A stretch of DNA of 64,000 nucleotides from the human T2T-CHM13v2.0 reference genome, Homo sapiens, in the NCBI RefSeq assembly GCF_009914755.1, contig NC_060940.1. One strand, given 5' to 3'. The first letter of the stretch is position 1, and each line of letters opens with the position of its first letter. The notes under the pieces are model-generated. The model was not told where the DNA came from. It saw only the letters and a list, made by a program, of their open reading frames with translations, and did not search any database. Both the position numbers and the translations under genes were made by a program. Below are positions 24,718 through 47,520 of the stretch, piece after piece.

Positions 24718-25200
24718 CTGGGTGCCCTTTTCTTTCTCCCTCCCCTACCCCGCCCCCCAACCCTCCCCCCCGCCCCCCGCTTTTCAGTTTTTTCAGATCT
24801 GTGGCCATTGAGCCCTCACTCTTTTAAAAACACCTTTCCTCTTTCTCTCTAGATTTGAGATTTCTAAATTAAAAAAAAAAAAAAAAGTCTGGAGGCCTAA
24901 AAAGTCTTCTGGGCCAGGGGTAGGGGGAGGAGGGCCAGGCAAGGCTGCGGAGTCCAGCCATTCAATTTCCTGCTCCACTGAGCTTCGAGATTTCGGTGTT
25001 GGGGGTTTGGTCAAACATGCTTTCTTTCTTTATTTATGTACAGCTTCTCTTCTTCTAGTCTCCATTCCACGTTTTCCCACCCTGCTGCTGACCAGGCTCC
25101 CCTGCCTTCCCCACTGCCAGACCACAGGTCCCAGCAGCTCCTGGCCTTGAGCGGAGGGAGGGAGGGAGGGAGCACGTGCAACTCGCTCCTGGTCTTTTCT

Positions 25201-25242
25201 CTGCTGCTGCTGCTGCTGCTGCCGCCGCCGCCGCCGCCGCCG
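25201..25242. repeat. (CTG)7(CCG)7 compound trinucleotide repeat
   Basis: Direct read. Confidence 0.97.
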
Positions 25243-25911
25243 ATACTGCTGCTCATTCTGTCAGGGGCTGGGGAGGCTGCTCAGCATCCTCCCAGCCTGA
25301 GACCCGGGGAGCTGGGAAAGCCAGGATGCAGAGAGGAGGGGAGGAGTGGCAGTCCATGCAGGTGCCTCCTGCCTGTTCAAAGGCCTATTTATAGGAAGAA
25401 CCAGCAGGCAGGGCTCTGGGGTTTGGCTGCTCCTGGGCAGCTTTCTTGGTGCACGTGGGCACAGAGCCAGAGCATGCAGTTTAGAGGAAATGTTTAATAA
25501 AGACATGGGAGCCTCAAAGTGTTTATTTATTCTCACAGAAAGGTGGAGATAGGGTGTGCCTGGAAACTGCTTTGAAAGCGGACAGCAAGGTAGTGAGGCC
25601 ACAGGGTGACACCACTGGGAATCAAAGGGAACAGCTGTCTCAGGCCAAGGGGCACAAGGCAGACACTGATGGGCCCCATTGCTTCCACCTCCCACCCTAG
25701 GCTGTTCTGAGTGGGATGATACCCCTTTTAGCTTGGAAGTGGGACATGGAAGAAGATATGAAGGGTCACATGAGAGTGAGACAATTAAGTAGTCATTACT
25801 TAGGGGTAAATTCATAATCCCCAGCACTCAGAAAGGTGGGATTCTACCTGGAGGGCATGAGTACTTCGATGGGTATGTTCACTACTGGGTTGGATAGAAA
25901 ATCAGAAATGT

Positions 25912-26205
25912 AGGCCAGGTGGGGTGGCTCACGCCTTTAATCCCAACACTTTGGGAGGAAGGTGGATCACTGGAGGTCAGGAGTTCAAGACCAGCCTGGC
26001 CAACACAGTGAAACGCCATTGCTACTAAAAATGCAAAATTTAGCCAGGCGTGGTGGGGGCGCCTGTAATCCCAGCTACTCAGGAGGCTGAGGCAGGAGAC
26101 TCGCTTGAACCCAGGGGGTGGAAGTTGCAGTGAGCCGAGATCGTGCCATTGCACTTCAGCCTGAGCAACAAGAGTGAAACTCCGTCTCAAAAAAAAAAAA
26201 AAAAA
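25912..26205 (+). mobile_element. Alu (S-type), first Alu in the window
   Basis: Full dimer, poly-A tail, imperfect target-site duplication gaaaatcaRaaatRtagg. Confidence 0.95.
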
Positions 26206-26280
26206 GGAAAATCAAAAATATAGGATCCTATTGGAAGACCCTACTAAGACCTAGAGGTGGGACTCTGAATGTTAATATAG

Positions 26281-26949
<669 letters not shown>

Positions 26950-27179
26950 TAAGACACATTTCTAGTACTATGCCCATTGAAATGGCCCTGGCAGCCAGTC
27001 AGAAGAGAATCCAGTTATTATGAGGCTACCTTCTAGAGACCTGTTCCTTCAGCAAAGTATAAAGACAGCAGGGAGGGGTGTGGTGGAAGAGGTCGGTCAT
27101 AGATATGTCTCTCCAGGATCAACAGGATCTAAATCCTCTTCAGATATGCTGGAAATCTAGAACTTCCTACAGGCTTTAA

Positions 27180-27566
<387 letters not shown>

Positions 27567-28309
27567 TAGGTAGATAACTCCGTTGGTCAATGAAATTATT
27601 GTTGTGGCTTTTGATTCCAAATAAAACTAGTGCTGGAAAGTCTCAATGTCATTCTCATCATCTCAATATCTCATCATTTATGGAGCCACTGCTAAATTAT
27701 GAGTACGGAAGGGTAAGGTGAAGCACAGGTTCCCGACTCCCAGCTGTGGGTTTGAGATGCCTCTGTCAGTGAATGTGTGCTCTTCACTTCTTATCAGTTT
27801 TTGTCAAACTAAACTCCAAGTGGTGGAAAGATATAAGAGAGGGTAGAGAGAATCATACAAAGCAACCAACCCAGTAGGATTATATGACCTTTATTGTGGC
27901 ATCTTTCAACTTTGGAGGTATCTGGAGAATAATACGAAGGAGGTTCTTTCTCCATCTTTGAGTCTAGCTGAAGGCTCAGGCTCACTTCCTCACGCGGACC
28001 CTGTCCCAGGCGCAATGTTGGAGGTGACCTCACCCAGCTCCTCATATTCAGCTCTCTGAGTGGGTTTCCTGCATTTGTGTAAAACTGTACGGAAACCAAA
28101 ATAATAGCAACAAGATCCATTTGTTTCACTACAGAATACCTGTGATGATGTGGAAATGCATATGCATTCATAAGTAGATTTGTATTCATGTTACGGATGA
28201 CCCGCTTGCTTCCCCAAGGATAGGCACCATATGGAGTGTTCACTGTACACATCTCCATAAACGCCCACCATGCTAATTGGTACTCAGTGCTGTACCCATG
28301 GGGAAGAGA

Positions 28310-28368
28310 GGATAATGAGAATGATAATGACAATGATGACGACAATGATGACGACAATGATGACGACA
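28310..28368. repeat. Degenerate (ATG/GAC) repeat with 12-mer AATGATGACGAC x3
   Basis: Direct read. Confidence 0.85.
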
Positions 28369-28519
28369 CTAAACTGCAGATGCCGATTCCAAGATGAAGA
28401 TAGTTCTGGGCATACAGACATGCTTAACCAACGAGGAAGGAGGGAAGGGAGGGAGGGAGGGAGGATCAGATCGCATTGAAACACTCAGTGTAAGTCCTAA
28501 ACCAAATTCCTTCCTTCCT

Positions 28520-28850
28520 TCCTTTTTTCTTTTTCTTTTCTTTTCCTTTTCTTTTTTATTTGAGACAGGGTCAGGTTCTGTCACCTAGGCTGGAGTGCAG
28601 TGGCACAATCTCAGTTCACTACAACTTCTGCCTCTGGGCTCAAGTGATCCTCCTAAGTAGCTAATTAGCCTCCCAAGTAGCTGAGACTATAGGTGCATGC
28701 CACCACACTCAGCTAATTTTTGTTTTTTTTTGTAGAGACGGGGTTTTGCCATGTTTCCCAGGCTGGTTTTGAACTCCTGAGCTCAAGCAGTCCATCAGCC
28801 TTGGTCTCCCAAAGTGCTGGGATTACACGTGTGAGCTAGTGCACTCGGCC
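28520..28850 (-). mobile_element. Alu (J-like)
   Basis: Reverse Alu dimer. Confidence 0.93.
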
Positions 28851-28909
28851 TTTTTGTTTGCTTGTTTTAAAGCATAATTACTCTATTATTACCTACTAAA
28901 AGGAAGATA

Positions 28910-29060
28910 GGCCAGGTGTGGTGGCTCATGCCTGTAATCACAGTGCTTAGAGAGGCTGAGGCAGAAGGATCACTTAAGCCCAGGAATTTGAGGCTGCAGT
29001 GAGCCATGATCACACCACTGCATTACAGCCTGAGCAACAACAAGAGAATGATCCCCAACT
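28910..29060 (+). mobile_element. Alu monomer (FAM/FRAM-like)
   Basis: Single diverged monomer. Confidence 0.8.
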
Positions 29061-29343
29061 TGAAAGAGAGGAAGGGAGGGAGGGAGGGAGAGGGGACATA
29101 ATATCTACTGCTGAGCCTGTGGGCTGGGCTAGAATGGCGTAACAATAAAACAATCAGTTTTCATTGTTGGTATGTTTTTAAAAATATGATTTAGTACCTA
29201 ATACTTCTCTCTCTCATGGCAAATCAGTGAGGCAGTGTTGGCAGCTCAGGACAGACTCACCTTACACGCAAAGCCTAAATGTCAGAGACATGATCTTGCA
29301 GTGATATACAATATAAATAAATTAAAAATATATAGAAAAGTGA

Positions 29344-29672
<329 letters not shown>

Positions 29673-29719
29673 AGCTTTTCATCATAAAAATGAAACAAAA
29701 TTTAGAGAACAGGAAGATT

Positions 29720-29930
29720 ACCAAAGGCTTGGGTTCCAGTGTTAGCTCTGCCACTAACAGCTGGATGGCCCCCAACAAATCACTTAATCCTCACTGTGTA
29801 ACTTCTCCTTGTAAAATGGAGATAACAGTGCACACCCCACAGGGTTGTTTCAGGATTAAATGAGACTGCAGGTATAAAGTGTCTAGCACAATCCCTGGCA
29901 CATGGAGGGGGGTCAATCCATGGCAGAAAT
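29720..29930 (+). mobile_element. MIR SINE
   Basis: gggttccag...ctctgccact...tcacttaatc...tgtaaaatggagataac...aggattaaatgaga. Confidence 0.85.
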
Positions 29931-31547
29931 GATTAACAATATTCTGATATTTCTTACCTGTCAGCATTGCAGGGTTGCAGCGTGAAGATCAAGTGATTGT
30001 AAAAGTATTGCATGAACTAGAGGAACTGAAACAAATCTAAGATGTTCTTTTTAGGTGTTACTGGGCTCTAAGTTAAATCTGTTAGTACTGGGAAGTGGAG
30101 CAATGAGATAAAGATACGTTATCAAGGACAAACTCCCTATACACAGATACCTGATATACCTCGTTCCAGCCATAAAGTTGCTGAAATACGAGGAATGCAA
30201 GTGCCTAGCAGACTTCCTCAGGGGGATGTTGTGAAGATTAATAGTTTAGAATGATGTCACAGTTATTAAGGTGCTTGGATTCCCTCGAGCAGAGGGGATA
30301 TGTAAATCCAGGGACTCATCATAAAAGTAATATCATCACTGTTTCTCACAGCCGACTGTTTCCTAAGCTGGGATAGAATTTCCAGAAGTATCTTTCTCTT
30401 TTAGAATTACAGAGTATGACAGATTTATTTCCACACATCTCACTTGCTTTCAGAGTTATTGTTTCCTCTTATTCCCCCCACCTCTTTGGTGACAGAGAAG
30501 CCTGAGAACCGATCCTGTCAGGAATTTCTTGGGGAATTTTCAGAAGCATGTGAACACACAGTATGTGAATGGCTGTGCGCAGCGGCATTAACTTTATTTT
30601 ATAAAATATGTGTGTGTGTATATATATATGTATACGCACACACACACACACACGACTGATCTTCCAACCATATCTGAATAATCAAAACCATGAATGACAA
30701 ACATGTCAGATACATTCATCAGAACTCAGAGGATCTTCTAGGGGAATTCACTAGCATGTCTTCCTCTTAAAATAGGTCAGGTAACTATTCCCCTCCTTTG
30801 GGACTCTCAAAAAGGATGCGCTAATAAATCTAGGCCCCAGGATAGGAGCTCAGTTGCCCTCTAGACGTCTAATGCCAATCCCCAAATTTTCTGAATTTAT
30901 TGACCAACATGTTGGATGGAGCAGGTTCAAGCATCTTGCTAAATAAAATATAGATTATATTGATCATTTCCCCTCAATCTACTAAAATCTTGTTACTCTT
31001 TCACAGAAGGAAATAAATCAGTTTGACAGGACTTGTTCTGTCAAGTGATATAAGTTCCCAACACTGCATTCACTACAGATTATTCTAGAAATAAATTGGT
31101 AATCTTTTTTTTTTTCCAGGTGAAGTTCCAGATTAGGACACTGCGCACTTCCCTGTTTCTTTTTTAAAAATAGAGGCATTAGTCCTGCTTTCTTTCAGTC
31201 TTTCCACGTTGTTAAAAATGAAGTGACTCTCCCGTGATTTTAGCCAATAACAACAGCTTCCCTTATAAACAACTTTATCCTGCAAAAAATCTGCTTAGAA
31301 AAAAAAAAAGGCATATCTACTAGTGTTTAAGAAACGTTTAAGAGTTCATCCTGCAAAAACAATGAGGAAGTAAATGGTCAAGGTATATGACCTCCACTTT
31401 GACAAGCCTATTTCCAGATCTCTCCCATAGATTTAGGTGTTAGATTTAGAAATTATTTCTGAATTAAATGGGGTCAAGACCAAAGACAGACAGAGTAAAT
31501 TTGCAGATCGTGTCAATCATGTAGATCTCATGCACGTCAAAGCCATT

Positions 31548-31847
<300 letters not shown>

Positions 31848-32264
31848 AAAGCCATTATTTTTCATAAACACATTGAAAATCCACTAGGCAGCAAAGGAGA
31901 AAGACAGGAGAAAAAGTATGAAAAACCTCATTGTTTATTTGTCTTAAGACAAATTACAGTGGCCACAGGATCTGCACCCTTCCTGAAATCTCAGGGCTTC
32001 ATAAAAACCCAACATTTTCAGAATACGCCTGGCACAGAGACAACCTCGAAGTCAAAGCCCCAACTCTGTCAAGACCAAGACGGGAGCACAAAGGTGGCAT
32101 CCTTGAAATGAAATTCAGGTATCTTGGGTACTTCTGGGTATCTCTAGGGCTTGGGGTTCCTAAGCTTAACTAAGATACTTGCTTGTTTAAAGGCTCTGGA
32201 AGCAGAAAATCCACACTATCCTTCACAGGTCACAGCTTGGTATTTACCAATCTCGTGAGCCTGA

Positions 32265-32686
<422 letters not shown>

Positions 32687-32984
32687 CCTTTGTTTCTTAA
32701 AACCAAGATTGGAATGAACTTCAACTTGCCTGTCACATTACCTTATGGTGCCTTTTACCACCTCCTCTTTTTCATCATGAAATATCTTTGTAGCCTTAAC
32801 TATTATTTCCTTCCTTCTATTCTGCTGTGATTCCACTGCAAATCTTCCCTGATCTCTGGAGTCCAACCCGACCAGGTCCTTCCAGTCCCCTTCTCTTTCA
32901 CTTACTTGTCTCTCCCCACTGCTGTCCCCACGGCACACCTGCCTCCATCACTTTCATATCTTTCTCTTATTAAATTTATTTTTA

Positions 32985-33520
<536 letters not shown>

Positions 33521-33997
33521 TGAAGAATCATTTAAATGTGTTCTCTGGCCCTTGCTTGAGCACCTCTGGCACTGTGGACAGCTGGCTCTGATTGTTAGAG
33601 AAGATGGTCATTATTTTGAGCCTTTTAAATAGATCCCTTGTGGTTCTTGCCTACTGGTCTTAGTGTCACCTTGTGAGGTCACACAGAGCAAGTTTAATTC
33701 CCTGATGCAGACAACCTTTTCCTGTCCTGGCCTCCTCTCTCAGTCTGATCTTTCTGAGCTAGGAACTGCCAGTTTCTTCAACTCTTTTTCACAGGCTCTG
33801 CCTCTGAGTCCCCTTTGCCTTCCTGTTTCCAGTTTGACTCTCTTCTTAAAATGTCATGGCCCAATATTAAATGTGAATTATCCACATCTGCTCTGTCTCC
33901 CACAGTACAGCAGGATTCTCACCTCTTTGTTCTCCTCATTACACTTTTGCCCAGTACAATTGTGAAAGCCTCCACCCATTAACTGAAACCTCTAAGA

Positions 33998-34640
33998 CAG
34001 CGGTTCAGAAAGTGTGGCTCATGGAGCTCCTACTTCAGAATGACCCAGAGAGCTTCATGTTATGGACTGAAAGTTTGTGTCCTCCCAAAAGAGGGTGGAA
34101 CTGAATGTGTAGGTATTTTGATCACAGCCTCCAGAACTGTGAGAAATAAATGTCTGTTGATTGGGCCACCTAGTCTATGATATTTTGTGATAGCAGTCTG
34201 AGCTATCTAAGACACTTTAATAAATGGAGATTCTTGGTCCACACCTCAAACTTGAATCTGACAATCTGGGGTAGCACCTGGGAATCCACATTTTAAACAT
34301 TTATGCCAGGTGACTTTTTCTTTCTTTTTTTTTTGAGATGGGATCTTGCTGTGTTGCCTAGGCTGGAGTACAGTAGTATGATCAGAGCTCACTGCAGCCT
34401 CAAACTCCTGGGCTCAAATGATCCTTCCACGTCAGCCTCCCCAGTAGCTGGGATTATCGGCATACACCACCATGCCTGGCTAATTTTTAAAAACATTATT
34501 TTGTAGGGACAGGGTCTTGCTATGTTGACCAGGCTCTGGTCTCGAACTCCTGGCCTCAAGCAATCCTCCCGCCTTGGCCTCCCAAAGTGCTGGGATTTCT
34601 GGTGTGAGCCACTGTGCTCAGCCAGGTGATTCTTAAATGT
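33998..34640. mobile_element. Nested complex: MER5A-like DNA element interrupted by an MLT1/MST-like LTR remnant (~34058-34214) and a minus AluJ-like element (~34316-34625)
   Basis: cagcggttcagaaagtgtgg...gaatccacattttaaaca; tgttatggactgaa...cagcctccagaactgtgagaaataaa; gccaggtga on both flanks of the Alu. Confidence 0.7.
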
Positions 34641-34986
34641 GCCCAAAAGTCTGAAAAGAAAAAAGCTTCAGGTCTTTTCTAATACTTCTTACCAAGCCTG
34701 GCTCCCTCCACCCGAGTTTGTGCAGATGGGTTTTCAGGTCCAAGGTCAAGACCTGCCATTTTCTTGTGTTACATTTCACCTTGCTAGATTTGGTGCATTG
34801 CCTTGGTCTATCAAAAATCTTTTGAATTCTTTATCTTGCAACATATGATGTCATGATAATCACACATGGACTACCAAAACCTCACTGTCCCAGCACCAGA
34901 AATCTCCTCCACATTGATACCAATCACTAACTAATTTGTACTTCATCTTTCATCTTCTTTTCCATGAGATAAATGAGCAAATTGTC

Positions 34987-36313
<1,327 letters not shown>

Positions 36314-36643
36314 TGAATGAATTTTACATTTTATTCCCATTAACTTACTTTCTTTTTTTTTGTATAAGATGAAAGCAGATCCTGGAGTGAATACTGGAAG
36401 ACTAAGCTCCCTAGGCACGAGGGAAGTGGTGTGCCTGGGCAGATCTCAGCAGTCCCAATTGTTTCTCTTAGTCACTGCTCATAAAAATCAGCTCCTTAGA
36501 ATAAAAGCAGTCTTTGAAATGCAGTGTGATGAAATCACAGAAAGGATGACACAGTTTCTGAAACATCACAACATTACTGGAATCTGTAGTAATGGCCAAA
36601 GAGACACAGGAAACAGTATTTAAAACAAAACAAAACAAAACCT

Positions 36644-36950
<307 letters not shown>

Positions 36951-37259
36951 AAAAAAACCCCAACACCTTACCTTAGTAGAGCCATCTAAGTCAGCATAAC
37001 ATGCAGATAAAACCTGAGTTATGAGCTTACTGCTAATGAGACCTCTTGTGATGGCACAAAGTGTGTCGGTAGGATGTGACATGGCTGGACAGGGACATCT
37101 GGCTTTTCTCTCCATTATGGTTCCCTTCTGTATCACAACTGGTAACACATCTGAATAATTATCTGATATATAAAACACAAAGGGTGAAAAGCTGTAAATG
37201 AATGGTGGAAAGTCTTGTGGTTTTCATGGTCAAGTGACTTTCTTTGTAGTCATGCCTTT

Positions 37260-37562
37260 CCTATTTCTTTTTTTATTTTTTGAGACAGGGTCTCACTTTG
37301 TTGCCCAGGATAGAGTACAGTGGTGCAATCTTGGCTCACTGCAGCCTCGACCTCTCGGGCTCAAGCCATCCTCTCACCTCAGCCTTCTGAGTACCTGGGA
37401 CTACAGGTGCGCACCATCACACCTGGTTAACTGTTGTGTTTTTTATAGAGATGCGTTTTTGCCATGTGGCCCAGGCTGGTCTCAAACTCCTGGGCTCAAG
37501 CGATCTGCCCGCCTCAGCCTCCCAAGTGCTGGGATTACAGGTGTGAGCCACCATGCCCGGCC
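37260..37562 (-). mobile_element. Alu (J-like)
   Basis: Reverse dimer; tttcctatttcttt on both flanks. Confidence 0.93.
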
Positions 37563-37674
37563 TTTCCTATTTCTTTCCTATAGGCCAGAGAAGATTCCAC
37601 AGATACCCCAGAACATGCCTCCACTGGAAAGACCACACAGCCCCAGGGTGACACACCTGTTCTACGTGAGGTCT

Positions 37675-37875
37675 AGGGCCATGGTTCTCAACTGGGGCTG
37701 ACTTTGCCCCCCACATCCCAAGGGACATTTGGAAGTGTCTGGAGACATTTCTAGTAGTGACAACCGACATCTCATGAGTAGAGGCCACGATTCTGATAAA
37801 TATTTGGCAATGCACAAGACACATTACCTCCACCAACAAGGAATTATCTGGCTCAAAATGCCAATAGCAATGATC
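37675..37875. mobile_element. MER20-like DNA transposon
   Basis: ggttctcaactgggg...tttgccccc...ggacatttgg...tgtctggagaca...aaggaattatctggctcaaaatg. Confidence 0.8.
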
Positions 37876-37879
37876 TTAA

Positions 37880-40880
<3,001 letters not shown>

Positions 40881-41562
40881 TATAATGAATACTGCCATGG
40901 AGAATTCCTGGTCTACGAACACAGTACTAGTCCTAAAACTAGACAGGCTGGTCCATCTCAAAGGGTCATGTAACTAACTACCTGTTGTGGGTTTGTGAAG
41001 TAAGTCACAGATGGCAAACTGTGAGGTTTAACTGGGGCCTCTGAGGATCCGGGAATGTGACGTGAATATGAAACCAACGTACCCAGCGGGACAACAAGAG
41101 GTACAGCTTTTCAGGCTAACTCCAGGAAAGTCCTTGTCTTACAGAGGCACAAGGGAACCTCATTTCTCCTAAAGCCCCTAGACAACAGATATGTTTTCCC
41201 CAAACTGCCATTCTTTTTGATATAGCCAAGATTTTAAACATCACCAGTTTTAGATATCACAGGGAAGCTGCTGGATTTAATGAAGCCTCAAGATGTCCCC
41301 TGAGAGATGATTATAACTCTAATTAAAAATGGGGGGTGATGGACAAGAATCCCCTGGGACTCTAAGCAACTGGCATTTGTGCATCTTTTTTCATGGAGAA
41401 GATGACTTTTTAATGTCAGTTTGGGCTCTTTCCAGGAGTCAAGGATAGTGTCCCCAAAGTCTAATACATTTTGAGATTTAATGTGGTTCAAGGATCAGGA
41501 AATGTCTTAAATTGTAAGGGACAAAGAAGTTTACAAGCCAAGCCAAACTTTCATTTCTCTCT

Positions 41563-42182
<620 letters not shown>

Positions 42183-42839
42183 ACATTTCTTTTATTTCAT
42201 ATACCTGTACTTACCATCTCCATGATTGCATGAAGCCTAGAATATAAGAAACCACCTAAATGAATTCTATCTGCATGTCGATTCTAGGTATGGATAAGAA
42301 CAAAGGAGAAATGAGTGTGGCAGAATGAGGATTAGAGTTCCATGCTCAGGCAAGTTTTTGGGGATCAGGTAGGTACGGCAGGTCACAGTAGGTAGTGAGG
42401 GCATGGATCCAGGTAACTAAATGAGAGTTAAAACATTCTCAGGTACATCCTGAAGTTCAAGGCAGGAGATCAGAGAGACTGAGACACCAGTGTCAGAAAG
42501 CAGACCACTGACAGGAGCTCATCTTATCACAAGAAGTCTGGTCTTCTAACCTCATAGTGCTGGCCATGCCCACTACTCATTGGACAGTCTTGACCCTACA
42601 TAGATCCTGAAAGGGAAGTCAGACTGTTTAGTATCCATGGTGGGGGTCCAGGGCAGGTGGCAGCCAGAGAAAGCACGAGGCAGAAAGGCACAGCTCGTTG
42701 AAGGCCTTAGGATTGGATGGGGCCTCTGCATTTGAACTTAACATAGCCCTGGGTGAGGATCTCAGTAGCCTCAGACAGACACTCACTTCCAAAGGCAAAG
42801 GTAATGTTACACCTTTTTTTAAATTTTAATTTTAATTAA

Positions 42840-43134
<295 letters not shown>

Positions 43135-43791
43135 TAATGTTATACCTTTAGATTGTGTCCTTGCATCTCATTACTCCATGAACATATTTTTACCGAGGAA
43201 AAATCAAACAGCACAGAGCTGGGCCACCATGAAGCCAACTGTGTCACCGAACAAGGGTCTAATGCAAGCAACATCAGGGATGCCACTGTGATTAAGTGAT
43301 GGATGCAGTGACCACACTATCCATTGACCCTGCACTGACTGGCATGAATCAGGGCAGGTCTCTGACAACAGGAATCCTGTGATTCAAGATTCATCCCTGG
43401 ATAGGATGAATGTACCAGGGAAGGCTCTCATCCTTGCAGACACAGAGCCTGAGGCACCATGCTGCCCTGGGAGACTGACCTGCAGGCTTTACTAATGATC
43501 GTCAAGCCTTTTGTTAATGACTGGCAAGATTTGAAGATTCCCCTATTAGTGTTCAAGGCTGGGGAATTATCTGTAGGATATAAGGATGAAGAAATATTCC
43601 TGAACCGAAGCTGTGCTTGCTTTAAGGCTAGTGGCCCCCAAGCTCATCTCCAGTCTTGATTGCTTCCCAGATCCTACACACAATGCACAAAATACCTACC
43701 TGTGATGCCCAAATAGGGCATGTGTCCTCTCCTGACAATGCCTTGCCTGCAACAATATCAACCCCTCCAGGCTGAGGCACTTTTTTTCCTA

Positions 43792-44993
<1,202 letters not shown>

Positions 44994-46099
44994 TCAGGCA
45001 GCCAGCAGTGTCACGCTTTTCCAAAAGGGGCATTGGCAGTAAGCCTGGGAGAGACAACCTTATGGAGATCAACAAAGGAGTTGGCAATGGCTTTCAGTGG
45101 CTGCAGGGCTGTGATTCCCACTGTGCCTATTGGCGGAACCCCAGGGAATCCCTCTTTCTTGGATCAGCCAGGGACTTACCTTCCTCGAAGGCCAGCACAC
45201 ACTCCTGTGCTGGCGACACTTCTGCAGAGCTGGCCAGCAGTAGCCTGAGGTTGGCTATGTCAAATGGTCCCTAGCATCTCAGAGACTGAGCCTTGCTCAA
45301 TCCCATCTTTATCCTGTCAGTTTCCTCTGAGGACCCTGATATTTGATATTATGACCCCAAATAGTTAACCTTAGTTGTGGTGAATTGCATTCATTTATTT
45401 TACGATCTTCATGGGATGAAAGAGTTTGTCGAGCTGAGTCTTCATTCAGAAATTCGCAAAATATAGCATTTGACAGTGCCACTTAATTTTCAAAATACTA
45501 TCCAATGGCCACAAGGATCACTGTAGCTGAAAACCCTGAGAATATCTATAAGGGTATTTCGAGACGCTAGAATGTGATGACATAGGTCTCTTCTACTTTC
45601 CCCTCACCTTAGCAAACCAATACATTCAGTATTCAGGATATTCAACAGAACATTCAGCACATATCCTTAACTGCTCTTAGAAATTGGTTCTGCCGATATA
45701 TTAGCTATTCAGAGAAAGTGCTTTTAAGTTCATTGTTGAACATAGTGATGTAGTGTCTTGCAATCACAGAATCAACGAATGTTTGAGCTCGAAGATTTCT
45801 TATAGACAGGCTAGTGTGAATTAAGGACACTAATGCCCAGCTAAAAAGGGAAAGTCACTTAGTAACTTGCCCAAGAACACGCAGCTAGTGCGTAGTTGAA
45901 CCAGACTTGAAAGCAAACATCATGATCATAAGCCACCTTTCTGCCACTGCGTGTTGATGGTATGAAGATACCATATATATATTTACACATGCACACACAA
46001 AAAAGGATAAAGTCTTGCATCACATAGAGCCAGTTGTCTGAAGAAACTGTCAGCCCTACTGAAACAATATCCCATTTAAGTTTAAGACAGCCTGGTGAG

Positions 46100-47520
46100 G
46101 CCCAGAGCCTCACCAGTCCCCCAGAAAACGGAGTATTGTTTCCATCCAAACCTTGCACTGAAAGGAGCCTGTCAGCAGGAAGTGACCTCGTGAGACAACT
46201 GTGGGGAGAGCAAAGGGCCGGGGAGAGAAAGGCCTCATTCTCACTGCAAACAGGAAAAGGAAAGAGAAAAAGCAAGCTCTGTCTCCACACAAGGTTTGCT
46301 GGGCTGGCTATGAACTGTTCCAGTACGTTCCATCAAATAGACGCCTTCATAGAATCAAGCCGAGCGCGAACGCCGTGTCTGGGGCTCCCACTCCCGGGAC
46401 ACACACGCGGGCTGGCTTACACATGCTCTTGCTCTCTCGCGCTCTGGGAGAGCGCTTATATGGGCTTCATGAGGCTAAGTAATAAACACTTTGTCTTCAC
46501 CCTGCTATTTATGGGTTGCTTGGGGCATCCTGTGCTCTCCACTGCCCTTACCTGAACAGACGGCTCATGCAGACCCGGAGTTTAATAGGGACAACAGTAA
46601 ATCTGAGAGGCTGTGTGTGTCCCACGCGCTCCTGTTTTCCCAGCCACCCATGCTAGTTGCAGAGAAAAGCCAACCTGTATCCCTTCGGTTATGCTCTGTG
46701 TGCCCTTCCTGGAGGTGAAATCCCTTCTCCTTTTTCTTCGGGCCCTTGTTTTCTTCCATCCTTTCAAACATCTCTCTAACATATCCTTTTGCTATTTGAC
46801 CCCTCCCAGAGATCCCTTCATTCTTCAGCAATGGATCAAAGAACTCTGAAAACAAGAACAACCCCGACAGCTGCAAACCACGAGCCCTCACCTCCAGCAG
46901 AGGTTTTCGGGAAACTCTGGACGACCACGCGCATGCAGAGGTAAGGGAATGATCCGGTCCTACCTGGCGTTGACTTCCAGGTTCACTCAAAGGCCACGTG
47001 CCACCCTTTGCACATCGTGTTTGGGTTGCAAAGGGGAAAGATGCATATTGAAAGCCAGAAGTGTGCCCAGGCCAACAGACGTCTGAAAGCCACAGGGGAC
47101 GACCCTGAAAAAGTCTGGCAGATGCAGAACCACAGCTGATCACTTTGGTCCGTTTGAGGGCCCCTTTCGCTCAGCTCTTTTGGGGGTTCCAGGGCTCTCA
47201 GAGCTTCCAGGTCCTGTAAGAAGAGATGGAGTCATAGCTGCGCCCTGTCCACTCTCGGGCTGTCACACAAGCCTGGAGCCCAGCCATTTCTCGGCCTTGT
47301 CTTCATCTTGGGCTAACCGGTCGTCTCCTGCAAACAGACAGCACGGAGAAGGATGAGTGAACTCGGCCTCTCCCCACAGAATACAGTTCGCCATTACAGC
47401 GCTGATTAAATACAGGACATTATCTCACCATAATGCCCTCCTGGCGGCGTTCCCAGGAAAATTCTAACTAATCATAAAAATAGAAAGAAAAACGCAACCT
47501 AAATTCCATTCCTCGTCTTA
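46100..47520 (+). ncRNA. HCCAT5: Probable lncRNA HCCAT5 (HTA), antisense to the ZFHX3 leader exon; boundaries approximate
   Basis: Name is by recalled position relative to the ZFHX3 promoters. Seen: repeat-free CpG-retaining block, plus-strand donor GAG|GTAAGG at 46940/46941, candidate acceptor ccctcccag at ~46801-46809, ATTAAA at 47405. Confidence 0.55.
46964..47327 (-). other. ZFHX3: 364-nt upstream non-coding exon of the long isoform
   Basis: Acceptor CTGTCTGTTTGCAG|GAGAC (AG at 47329-47328) and donor GCCAG|GTAGGA (GT at 46963-46962); size agrees with my recollection of the annotation. Confidence 0.65.

Noticed and set aside
28270-28484. Met/Thr-repeat ORF or CRISPR-like array
   Set aside because: Simple degenerate triplet/12-mer repeat with no unique spacers, in eukaryotic DNA.
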